Origin: Dimorphilus gyrociliatus
Lineage: Eukaryota; Animalia; Annelida
Assembly: GCA_904063045.1 (NCBI GenBank)
Contig: CAJFCJ010000020.1
Coordinates: 860,916-924,915 of the forward strand
Length of the DNA: 64,000 bases
Direction of reading: 5' to 3'
Shown: piece by piece, positions 52,053-64,000 of the stretch
Position numbering within the stretch: position 1 is the stretch's first letter
Layout of the letters: the number at the start of each line of letters is the position of its first letter
Notes under the pieces: generated by a model
Database searches by the model: none
What the model saw: only the letters and a program-made list of their open reading frames with translations
Told to the model about the DNA's origin: nothing
Program-made: the position numbers and the translations under genes

Positions 52053-52723
52053 AACAAGAATAAAGAGAAAGATATGTATGGCAAAGAAAAGTAAATTAAT
52101 ATTTCGTGTAAATTAAATGTTTGTATTTTAATAAAACCTATTTCATTTCAATTACTATTTCATTTTAAGCATAAAAATTATTCAATAACATATTTAATAA
52201 GATTTTAATTCGTAGAAAAAGAGTAGAATGTCTTTGACTTAATATTTATTTTCTATATATTTAAATATAAATTATTAAAGCAAACAGGAAATAGAATGGA
52301 TATGTTTCTTCTCGACTTTTTTCTTAGTAATCTTACTTTTTAACTAAAAAAGTTTACTTATTTTCAAATAATATACACCAATTTCGTATAATAAAATACT
52401 CTTTTGGGTATATAATCTTAATAAAGTGTTCAATTGGAAATTGATATATTGAACTGTATTATTAAATAAACAAGAAACGCCATCTGTTACTTATTCAAAG
52501 TCGTTGCGAACTAGTTCAAGTTAGTTATATTCAATTCCTTAAATGATTAAATGTAACGGATTAGTATGTTGGGGCAGAAAATTATTAATTAACTTGGCTG
52601 CTTTCTCTAAAATATTATCGACTTATTCACTAACTGCATTTAAGTGAACGTTCATTGCAGTTGGCATCGAAACCCTATTGAATTTCTGCATTGTTTATAG
52701 TGTTTATCGATTGACTATTCGGA

Positions 52724-53371
52724 ATGAAAAAACACGACGGTGACAATACAGCTATGGAGAAAAACGATAAAGAAGCAAGGAAGAAAAGGATTCAAGAAAT
52801 TCGAAATGCCAGAAGAAATCGACAGCAAATTCCGAAGCCAGAGAAGAAGAAAAAGGAAAAAGTAGAACCAGCTTTAGTATTAAAAGTAGTTGCTCTTAGA
52901 TTCGTTATCATCCTACCAAAGTTATTGATTCTCATTGGAACAATTTTATTCCTTGTTGGTGTTATGCTGTTGGGACTGTCACAAAGAGAAAGTACCGATT
53001 ACAACAAAGGAGTCTACTTAGGCCCTATTTTAATGACTTTAGGTGTTGTAGTTTTAATTAGTGGAATACTTGGAATATTTATAAGATTAAGACTAAAAAA
53101 AAAGGGTATCGAAAAAGCCAAAATTGCTAGGAAATATATGATAGAGAAGGAGTTGAAAAAGCAAGTATCAACAGTATCTGAACAAGTAGAAAATGGACAA
53201 ATGAAAGCTCATTATTCAGCGGCTGAAATGTCTCATTCGAATGGACATAAAAGAAGCATGTATGACGAGGACACGTCACCGACTCCTGTTGTTACTATCA
53301 CCAAAGTTGAAGTTGAAATTTGTAAGCCTAGCACAAGTTATGATTTAGAAAATGAAGAGAGCTCTAGCTAA
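52724..53371 (+). CDS. Orphan two-TM protein with polybasic flanks (PIRT/TMEM100-like topology)
   Basis: 215-aa single-exon ORF with two hydrophobic helices (LLILIGTILFLVGVMLLGL and YLGPILMTLGVVVLISGILGIFI), a short loop and basic juxtamembrane clusters. Confidence 0.75.
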   Translation: MKKHDGDNTAMEKNDKEARKKRIQEIRNARRNRQQIPKPEKKKKEKVEPALVLKVVALRFVIILPKLLILIGTILFLVGVMLLGLSQRESTDYNKGVYLGPILMTLGVVVLISGILGIFIRLRLKKKGIEKAKIARKYMIEKELKKQVSTVSEQVENGQMKAHYSAAEMSHSNGHKRSMYDEDTSPTPVVTITKVEVEICKPSTSYDLENEESSS

Positions 53372-55770
53372 AGAAATTCCCAGGCAATTTCATATTTATA
53401 GTTGTTTGAAAAAATTATCTATTGAATTCGGTACTGCAGGATATTATTCAGAAAAAGACTGTAAACAGACAATAATTACACATGTACATTTAACGAGAAA
53501 CGTTCTTTTAACTCTCTCATTTAAGAAAAATGGTATTATATTGTTCTTAAGCAACAAGCGGAAGAGGAATGATACTATTTTTTATAGCTTAGCATGAAAA
53601 GGGTTATAAGAATATTTTTAATGTTCGAGAAAATATGGTTTATCATATTTACCTTTCAAGTTTGTAGAAACTCTATTAAGATGCTTCTTTTCACTTTATC
53701 ATCATTAGTTTCAAAGTTAAGTTATATTTAATCCTAATTATTATTTTAAGTGAGTTAATAAAATAAAAAAAATGCCCGCAAGCCGTCTAAGGGTAGGAAC
53801 GAAAAAAGTGTAAAAATTCATCAAGAAAGACAAGGTGACGGATGAGCGTACGAATCAACAGAAAAGTAGATCAATAGTTAGATTAAATATAACGTATAGA
53901 TAGATATATAGATAACAGCAAAAAATAAAACATAGAAATATCATAAAGGAAAAGGACAACGAAATGTAAACGTTTAACTTTAATATTCATTCTCTATTGG
54001 CTTCACCTTGCATAGCTCTTTTCTTGAGACGCTTTTTCAAATATTATATATAGTTAACTATTTGAACTAGTTAGATATGAAATTCAATAATTTCGGTGCC
54101 TTATACTTGACTGCGTTTGTTTAAAATGACGAAAGATAAGAAATGTTGAATTTTTATTCAATTTTATGCTCAAGGAACAAATAACTATATCATATATGAT
54201 GTTAATATATTTTTAATATAACTTCAAATATGTATATATATTTATAGATGACGTATTAGTTAAATTTAGCAATATTAAATTGAGCTATCACTATTATCTG
54301 AATCTTTTAATGAGGGTTTATTCTGGAAGATTATCTGTTCTTTAAGCTTCTATTTAAATAGTTTTCTTTTTTGTTTGTAAATTAAAGTAGTCACTTCTTC
54401 CTGTTTCAATTGTTTTAACATTGAGTACTATATTGTCTCTTTGTCTCTTTATACATATATTTGCAATACAAGACTGGAAACAGATGAAAGATAAAACATA
54501 AAAATAACACCAATAAATAGTTCGAACTATATGATTCGAACGTGAATTATAATATCAATTTTCGAAAAAATGTAATATTCATAACTAATTGTAGTTTCAT
54601 AATTATACGTAGTCTGTTAAAGTTATTGCCTTTAATGACATTTCCTCCAATGTCCTATTGTCATTATGAAGGTTAGAAAATGTTATTCAAGAAGTATTTC
54701 GGATTATTGATAATTTCTTGAATAAAAAATATACTTAAAATAGAAAGAATGACGTAGGAAAATACATATTACTTTATTATTTATTACATTCATAATGCCA
54801 ATAAATAGTTAGAAGTTCTGTTTGTCTTTTTCTTAAATTCTTAGTTGTTTGCTATTAAAGTATTTATTGTTTAGCTCAATCGAGTATTAAATTAAACACT
54901 GCCTGAATAATTCAAAAGAGAGAAATTATTCAAATTCATAGAAATCGCTAGCAAAAACATTGATTGTTAATTAAGAAATAGTTTTTACGCCATCATTGTC
55001 GATAAAAACTTCTCATATGCAACTGTAATACGTATGTTTTGCAGTACATTTTAATATATGCAATTAGAATATTTAAACAAACGAAAATGGTATATTGACT
55101 ATTTAATAGACATACGATAGCTGTCTTTCCATAGAATATTTTTAGAACTTTAACATTTCAATTGTATTCTTAAAACACAATTAGAAATCAGCATTTATAC
55201 TGGCTGTCTATAAATAAATTTTAAAATATTTCCTCATTAATAAATGGATATATGAATCAAAGTTATCTCCCTAATAAAGAGTTTAATTGTTACACAAAGA
55301 TTAATGAATAATGGCTGCAGTTATAACTATACTGTCTTTGTTTTTATTATTTAGCTTCTTGCTTGCAAACGAATAAAAGCTAATTAATAAAACATTTACT
55401 CTTGAAAGTAAAAAATATTCGCCTGTTTTTATGATATGATAAAAAATTATTTATAGTTGTTAATGCCTCTTTTAGCATGTTTATGTTCAAATCTTTATCA
55501 TATTGTTCTAAATTATAATAATATATGCAGTTCATTAACATCCAGTGATAGAGAAGTGTTCTATCGATGTTCGTTTATTCGATTTCCTTTAATGAGTAAT
55601 TTGCATTTTTGTGGTTTAACATTTTTCTTTGCCTAATATTATCCTTCTCAATTTATTTGCAAACAACTCTAGACAGAGTCTTTTTAATATTCATTTGCTT
55701 TTAGTTTGATGATGAGACGTTAGATGGCGTTCTTGTCTTCTTTTTTTTTCTCGTTATCCCTCCCCCACTT

Positions 55771-55803
55771 CCTCCTCCTCCTCCTCCTCCTCCTCCTCCT
55801 CCT
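55771..55803. repeat. (CCT)11 microsatellite
   Basis: Read directly. Confidence 0.95.
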
Positions 55804-56997
55804 CCACCTTCACTACATACTTTTCTTGGTTCCATAAAAAAGGGATATTAGCAATTTTTATACTATAAATAATTAAAAAAAAGATCATTTTCAATACCAA
55901 ATCTCTTATAAGCAGATCCTCTCTGCTTCATATATAATTCATACACTTATATATTTAGCCTAGAATTTTAGTTTTATTAAATAAATTTGAAATCTCGATT
56001 GCAATAATTCAATATCATAAATTTGCTGAAAAGAATTCAATTATTAAAATAGCAAAAACATGAATAAGACAATTATTGTCAATATCAATATTTTATTCAT
56101 ATTCGATTCGTTATCCGTCTTGTTCGCTTTATTAGTTTTAGTAATCTCGTTTAGTTCACCTTTTATCAAAGATGTACCAACTAAATATTTTTATTGAAGA
56201 AATGTTACATTCCTTTTGAAAAGGAAAAGAATAACAATAAATACAAAATAAAAGATGGAGAAATAGAGTGTAAAAGTATGTATTTTTTTTTATATCTTGT
56301 CTTTTCAAAGATGAGAAGAGAAGGAGCGAAAATATTTACTTGTTTTTTATTTAATTAAATAGAAAATAGCAAAAAAATATGAAAAATTTCAACATTTTGA
56401 CATTTTAACATGATTTTAAACGGAATTTATGGATTTATAGTAAATAGATCTTGTCTTATAGATAAATTCAATAAAATATATTTATACAATGCTAGACAAA
56501 GCTTGACGCAAAAAAAGAGGAAAAAAAGATTATTGTAAAGTAAACTGGGAAGAGTTCGTTATACAAAATTTAACAGAAAATATCACTTTTCTATGCAATT
56601 CATCAAATTAGAATTAAAGGGAAGGACAGCATTTAAAAAATGAATGAGAAGCCATTAAATATTCTCTATTTACACTGTTCTAAGAAAGATATCAACTCAA
56701 CATAATTTCTTTTTTTTTAATACGATAGATGTCGCTTTTAAAAGTTCTAAGATATTAGTTTGATTAATATGCATTGTCTATATATTATTTATAGAATTAT
56801 TGTTTCAGAATTAAAATTAGTTCTTCAACAGTAAGCTTAATATATTAGTAAAAAAAAATACAGGTATAACGCAAAATACCTCTTATGCCAGGGATACATT
56901 CACCCTCAAATTTAGCCTATAAAAAGTAATATAAACTACCTATAATGACGTTATTTTATGAGCTTTGGGCATAGCTACATTATTTATAGCAAAACAG

Positions 56998-56998
<1 letters not shown>

Positions 56999-57040
<42 letters not shown>
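56999..57040. repeat. (TA)21 microsatellite
   Basis: Read directly. Confidence 0.95.
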
Positions 57041-57045
<5 letters not shown>

Positions 57046-58403
57046 TTAGATAGATAGATATCGACAGAAAATAGTCATCCTACGAAAACTACATTTATTA
57101 CATGAGCTAAATCAAATTTTAATATTATATAAAAAAGAAGGAATAAGCATTAAAATAAGGAAAAATACTACTTTATTGAAAATTTTTCACTTTGACTGAT
57201 TGTTTCGTCTCTTCCTTTTATATAAACATAAATATCTTATATACTTTCTTAGAAAAATGTTGTGTAAAATTATATTATACCAATCAAAGAGTAATTAATA
57301 CATGTTTCTCTGTCGCTAGATCACACACACACACACACAAATATATAGTGTCCTTCTTTCTTTCTTCTCTCTCTCTCCCTCTCTCTTTCTTCTTTCCATC
57401 TTTAACCTTTGCAAAGGAAAATTAGCTTAAGAACAGTACAAAAAGCAGAGAGTTTAGAATGTCTAAATTATAATATGCTTATTTACATAGAAAAAAAAGT
57501 CAAATTGTTAAAATGAGTTTTTAATTTGTTTATTTAATGAAAAATAAACCATTTGTTTATTGAACAAAAAACTTCTTTTCTTTTTAAAGAATATTTATTA
57601 TACTTAGTTCAAATTCCTAACTTTTGTTATTTGTCTTTTATACGAATGATTAATGATGAAATGAATGATTTTTAGCAGGCTAAAATTTGTGAAAATTATA
57701 GCCTTCTCTTGTAAATAGAAATATAAAAATACCTAAAGTTACGTATTCAGCTGAATAAGTGCACTTATTCGCTTAGCAACCAGTTTGAAAACTAAGGCGA
57801 TATTGTATATTTTTCGCTTGCGATATAACTCAGAAACTTTAGACTGAAAATTCATAAACATTTTACTTATATAATGGAAATGCATAAATTACATAAAAAG
57901 ATTAAGCACATCTGTTAATTTACAGCCGTATTCAATTTCAATCCAAATGCAACATATTGGTAAGCTGTTATAGAATACAATTTTAAGGTTTTCTACGAAA
58001 ATAGGCGCCTTGATTAAATTATTCTATATTAATAATTGGGTTATTTTAGAATTGAGTAGAACGCATATTTCGTATATAATAACTCTTTTCTAATAAAATT
58101 GATGAAATTAATACAGTATTTGGCTGTATCATAGAAATAGTATTATAAAGAAGAAAGAAATTTTAATTTTATACGAAAATAACTGCATAATAAATAAATT
58201 TTTTAACTTTTTGCATTTAAAGCCACTAAAAAATTATTAAACATTTTAAAGATAATTTAAAATATTTTTTAAAATAAATGATAAGAAAATGAGAGAAATT
58301 TTTTCGTACAATTTTTTCAATTGGTCAAGTAGTACATTATCGATTATTATCCGTATCGTACAGTTCAGTAATATAAACGACAACAACGGTTTTAAATGGA
58401 AAT

Positions 58404-61400
58404 ATGAGGAATTTTTGTTACATCTTCATTTTATTACTACCATTCGCTTTTACAGGTTAGTTTCTGAAATTATATATTAAAAAAGGGCTCGCATCGACAT
58501 AATCAATGTAAACAATTGGAAGACGTCGAAAGCGTCTAATTCACGTCTGTTTTGTTTGCTTTCCTGGCTCGATCGCCTTTACTTTTGTGTCTAATTGCCT
58601 GAAGCACTTGAATACTTGCGATTTATCATTAATAGGTTACTGATATGACAGTCATTTACCTGAAAATTAATACCTTCAGGTGGCGCTACGGCTAGAAAGC
58701 GTTACTTCATATATGTATAAAAGTTAAAAGATGTCCTTATCAATTTCCTCAAGGAGATTTCGTATATAATAAAAGTCTACAAGGGAAATTTTTTTTCCAT
58801 GAATACCTTAGCTGGAAAAAAAATTTGTTAATTATTCTTTCTTTAACTAATTTCTTCAGTTCTTTCATTAATCAGCTCAATCTCAGTGCGTCTATTTTTA
58901 GTTTTATTGAAAGTTTCCTGTATTTTATTGAATTTCGGATGAAAAACATTCTATTAAAAAAAAATGATTCTACGACTCTCTATATTTTCTGTAACGCTAT
59001 TCAAACTTTAATTTATATAGTTTATTTATTTATTATAAAGTAAACAAAAAAAAGGTAGTTCTGAATCATTAATTATGTTTTATTATATAGGAATAATACG
59101 ACTATTAACTAATTGTGCTAATGCTACTTGTCTGTATAAAGTAAAATAAGATTTGTATTATTTTTTTTTTTTTGACTATTCTCGCTTTTCACCCAGTTTC
59201 TATTAGTATTTCTATAAATTGGCTTTCACTTCTCTACTTTTTCTTGTTTTGCTGCTCATAAGAAAAGATTGAAAGAGTCCTCCAAGTTACAAATAATGAT
59301 ATTAAGCAAGTATTGGATTTATACGCTATAAATATAGAAAATACTATATAGTCATCCATCTTTTTCGTCTTTCAATAATTTAAAGATTTACCAAGAGTTT
59401 TGTCTATAAAAAAAAATGGATAATTACGTTAATTACGCAATACCAAAATTTTGATTTTATCCTATTTTTAAAGGAGTTTAATGGAAAAGGAAGAAGGGCT
59501 CTTCTTTCTTTGTAATTCGATTTTTCCCTCGTCTCTCCTCCTCTCTTTTCTATCTATCTCTTTATTCTCCTGTCTTAAGCAAAGCAGAGAAAAATCTTGT
59601 TTAATCTATTCCGAATATTCCGTACACCAATTAGAACAAAAAAAAAGCCATTCTCGTAGTTGGTAACAGTTGAAAGAGGCGTATATTGGTTTTGAATTTC
59701 TTATTAGCAAATAAAAATTGAAGACTTGTTAAATACAACTTGGAACTGGACTTAAGTGTTAATCGGCTGGTGTTATTTGATTTTTTTTTACATTAAAAAA
59801 AGCTATAAAAACTTGAATTTCCAATGAAACGCTTTGTTTAAAATTGGGCCATTAGTTTCTTGTGCAATTTTGTAGTATTCATTTATTTATTACTATTCAT
59901 TTTATTATAAATGAGTTTTGGGAATATAAAAGAGAAAACTCGTTAGAGGAGAAATGAAGTAAACTTTACCATTCCCGTATTATTTCCTCTAAGAAACACG
60001 TATGTTTTATTTGGCTACCTGAATGTTATTCTATGGTTCACCCTTTTAATGATATGAATGTAAACATCTACTTAAAAAAGTATATACTTCATTGATATTT
60101 TCCTTTGTTTCTATAAGATGAGTCCATTTATCAGAGAAAAGTAACGTACTAGATGTAAAAAACAATACCCAATATTTTGCAGTACTTGTAACAATAGGAA
60201 AACAATACGAAATCTATGCACGTAAACTAGGTTAAAATGCACAAGCTAAAATCAGGTACATAATAATGGTTCAAGTGCATTTTAACCTTATATTATAAAT
60301 TGAAATAAAAAGCAAAGAATTTAGAGTGGGGAGTAAGAAGAAAAAGGGTGATTTTTTTCTTTTAAAAAGAGAAAAAAAATCAATATTTTGGCTATTTTAT
60401 TATTCTTAGAAAGCAGTTGGACGATTAGAAAAGAGACTAATTAGCACGTTACTTAATAAATTAATTACAAGAGAAATAAAGTATATATAACTAGTATTAT
60501 CTTAATTGTAGTTCTACTTTTCTTTTTCTTTCACTGTATCATTCATCTCGTTCAACTCTGTTATCTTTATTATCCTATTGCTAATATTTACAAGTATATA
60601 TGGATCCACACTTATACTGTATTATATACATACAAAGATACAGATACATATATATAGAGATATATATATTTGTTTATACTAAAAATGTATAAACATATGA
60701 TCAAGTTTAACGATTGCTTCACAAATGAAACAATGCTGTAACATCATACGAAGACGATTACAAATTTATATCAATTACATAGTAAACTACCATATAACTT
60801 TTATCAGTATTAGAATTATTTACCTAAATCATATGATACTTAATTAATAATTCGCTTAACACCATTATTTTCACTTTCATATTATGTACTAAATCACAAT
60901 TATTAGTAATTTCCATTACGCTTTAGGTCTTAACTTAGACTTTATGATGAAGAGTCGGTAACCTTTTCTTCTCAAGAGAAACAATTGAATGAAACGATAA
61001 TTGCGCTATAATTATTGAATCTAATTAATTATAATTTCCTTCTGATAGTACGTACGTGGGATAGAAATTTAATATTCTTATATTAAATAAATACCTAACC
61101 CAATGTGGACAGGAAATTGCTATAATACATCCAACTATGATAGCTGTCTGCCAAAAAAAAAAATCAATATTTGGGGCGAACGACTTTGCACCAAGTTTCC
61201 AAGACAGCAAATTTTCCTGCACTGAATAATTAACTATTGATTTTTAATTGTCTTTTTTTTTTTTACTATTTTACAGATTCCTTAGTTAAAATTACTAGAT
61301 CGGATAGGAAGATTTATTTAAAAGAGGGTGATCAACTGCAGTTGGTATGTCAAGTTACGGGTGATGCGACAGAAAATCCGAAATTAAAATGGTACAACAT

Positions 61401-63946
61401 GAATAAGAAGGAGGTCACCAAAACTAATAATAATGAAGATGCTTTTATCCTTTCAATGGCTAAGAACCAGCTGATTCTTTTTATAAAAGGACTAGATAAG
61501 CAAGCTGGCAAGTGGTCTTGTAAGGGAACTATTGCTGGGGTCACACATTCAGATGAGAGAATAATCGATATTTACAAAGGAATATCATTTGATGGTTGTG
61601 ACGAATTTCAATATCCGAAAGAAGGTGCGTATCATTATGTTAGCTTTCTTGCCCGCGGTCAAGAGCAATCGTGTAACGGAAAATAACTCCTTTGCCTGCT
61701 AAATTTGTCCAATTAGATCTGTAGGTGGCGGTAATGTCATAGCGTTACTCTGGTTTTCCACAAGTATTCGGTTTACTTAAAGATTTTTTTTTTTTTTTTG
61801 CGTATTTGTAACATTCGCTGCAAATGTTACAGTTAGAATAGCCACAGAGCTAATAATTCTCTATATTCCGCTACAAAAGCTCCAAATGGAAAACAGAATT
61901 GCACACTTGTTATTAAGGCACCAAATGAGAAGATCATTAATATACCTTTCTCTTCTATCGTAATATTATTGATAATCGAATGTAATCACTCTAAACAGAG
62001 GAAATTCTCAGCGTTTATGCTTGCTCTATGGCAAAAAAAAAACCCTCTAATTCATTAAAAAGAGAGAAAATAATTCGTCTGTAATGTTGTTATTAAAAAG
62101 AATTTATCTTTAGTTCATTCACCCAGGGCATCCAACTTGATTATATTTGCTATTATAAAGAAATCAAGAATAGCCCATTCACTTTGAACTTTTATAAAAT
62201 GAGATGTTGTTGTTGTTTTTTATCGCTAAAAGAGTTTACTTTAGTATATTTTTTTTTCTAGAATAACAGCTTAAAGGCATAAAATATTGTTTATAATTCA
62301 ATTTAACAGGATGATAGATGGTATAGAGATTTTTATAAATAACTAAATAAAGAATTTTATTTCTGTACAATTCATCAATAATCAACAAGATATAGTTAAC
62401 TTTCTTTTTTTTCTTTTCATCCATCTATTCTTAATTATTGTAGAATGGTAAAAACATATTATTTTACAGGTAAAGTTGGGCTTATTAGATGTAAAGTAAA
62501 AGGAAGCCCTCCCCCAAGTATAGTTTGGTTTAAAAATACTGCTAGCCTGAATACAGCGGGGAAAAAATATGCTGATACTCGTGATGGATTGCGCATCAAT
62601 AACTTAGAGAGCCCGGAGGACGATGGTACCTATACACTTATGGCGTCTACAGATAGAGAGACGAAAACGAAAATTTTTCGTATTACTGTCTCTACTCAGC
62701 CCAAAATTACTGAAGGTTTTCAAAACAATATGAAATTGGCACATAGGAAAAAGAAAACGTTCATGTGTAAAGCAGAATCAAGACCTGATGCTAAATATCT
62801 CTTTTATAGGTTAGTAGTTGAATTTCAATTTTCATTGTACATCATACATTGTATATATTAATATAGAAAAAAATCCGAAATATTTGAACCGAATTTGGAT
62901 CCAAACAAAATGAGACCTCTAGGCTCATCTGATGATTATGTTGTTGATGGAGACAAGGGCTTCATACAGTTTAATAGCCCTGTTTTTGAGGATACAGGTA
63001 CATATCTTTGTGTCGCGAAAAATCAAGCCGGATCTGATTCCTCGTACGGTTTCATAAGAGTGCACATGAGACCAGATTATGTTGAAGTAAGACAACCATC
63101 TAACGCCAGAGAAAACGCAAAAGCAGATTTCAGAGTTACGTTTAGAGCCTACCCATTTCCCGAAGTAATTTTTCAAAAAAGGCATAATCCAAGTGTGAAA
63201 TACGAGCTGGGTAAAAGCTATGAGAATGGTAGAATAAAGGTTGAGAAAACGGATGCAAGAACGGTTACTTTCAAACTGGACAAAGCTTCGTGGAAGGATT
63301 ATGGTAATTACTCAATTATACTGAGAAATGACGAAGGAAAGGTGGTAAAGAATGAAACTCTGAAAATAAGATTTCAGCCTCAAATGATCTCAAAAGATAC
63401 AGTGGTCTATGCGTGGGCTGGGGCTGTAAGAAATTTAACTTGCGAGGTTATATCCTATCCCGAACCGTCAATTTTCTGGTATAGAAAAGACAGGGACAAC
63501 GATAACAAACAAATAATGAGAAGATTAGAAAGTAACGAGACACTCGTCTTGTACCCTTTAGAAAAAAAGATTGGAGGTAGATATTTCAGAAATATTCAAG
63601 TTCGTGTAAGCATTCAGGTAGAAACTTGGGCATTCTACGATCGTTTCTATTGTGGGGCATCCAACAAACATGGGAAAGCTGTAAATTCTACCGTAAAATT
63701 AGAAAGAGCTGAAAAACCTGGACCGCCGAAGAATGTAAGAGAGTTGGAGGTTACACCGACGACTGTAACTCTAGCTGTCGATCCACCTGATTTTGATGGC
63801 CATATACCATTAACCGGTTACCGGGTTTCTTGGCACAATATGCATTTGGTTTTTAAATTACGTAAGTATTTAATTTTAGCATGAATTTCTTTCTGAAAAT
63901 TATATCTGATTCAAATAATTCATTTCGTTATAAGCTCGTGCTGAAG
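58404..63946 (+). CDS. NCAM/Fasciclin II/apCAM-like cell-adhesion molecule (signal peptide, 5 Ig domains, start of FN3); continues beyond the window
   Basis: Exons 58404-58455 (MRNFCYIFILLLPFAFT), 61277-61624, 62470-62809, 62867-63861 and microexon 63935-63946, all in phase. Ig motifs LVCQV..KWY..KWSCKG, IRCKV..IVWFK, FMCKA..DTGTYLCVAKN and LTCEV..FYCGASN, then FN3 KPGPP..PLTGYRVSW. Confidence 0.88.
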
Positions 63947-64000
63947 GTAAGGAGCATGGTTATATAATATCTTTAATGTAGCACGATACCTTCTCTCCTT

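Noticed and set aside
58047-58775. Repeated 16-mer ATTTCGTATATAATAA at about 58047 and 58757
   Set aside because: Exact repeats of this length are expected by chance in 64 kb at this AT content.
1-64000. CRISPR arrays, tRNA/rRNA genes, intact transposons, prokaryotic operons
   Set aside because: I saw no spaced direct repeats, tRNA cloverleaf boxes, transposase or RT ORFs, or long terminal repeats. The DNA is spliceosomal-intron-containing eukaryotic sequence.

Overview
This is AT-rich eukaryotic DNA (roughly 70% AT by eye) from a compact invertebrate genome with mostly 55-150 nt introns. The style resembles a miniaturised lophotrochozoan such as the annelid Dimorphilus, which is inference only. 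Genes I could reconstruct by hand: 3' exons of a TMEM221/Jiraiya-like gene; a 3-exon MKP3/DUSP6-7-like phosphatase (-); an orphan class A peptide GPCR (+); a disordered protein with PP1-docking motifs (-); a tandem cluster of four intronless secreted proteins plus a fifth pseudogene copy; a 12-exon ABCC4-like transporter (-); two neighbouring orphan type I membrane proteins with signalling-motif tails; a two-exon amidated neuropeptide-like precursor that the ORF track misses; a 2-TM orphan; and the 5' part of an NCAM/Fasciclin II-like gene with a 12-nt microexon. The secreted cluster is the strongest novelty candidate: each copy reads signal peptide, degenerate trefoil-like domain, two PAN/apple-like modules, then a lectin/discoidin-like C-terminal domain. 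Hidden signals include a decayed kinesin-6-like relic, a possible degenerate EF-hand gene, about 18 CTCF-like motifs, an ETS-site cluster downstream of the DUSP, and TA-CAG-TA motifs resembling Tc1/mariner footprints. I found no CRISPR array, rRNA, tRNA or intact transposon. All family assignments come from motifs recalled by eye; no searches were run.
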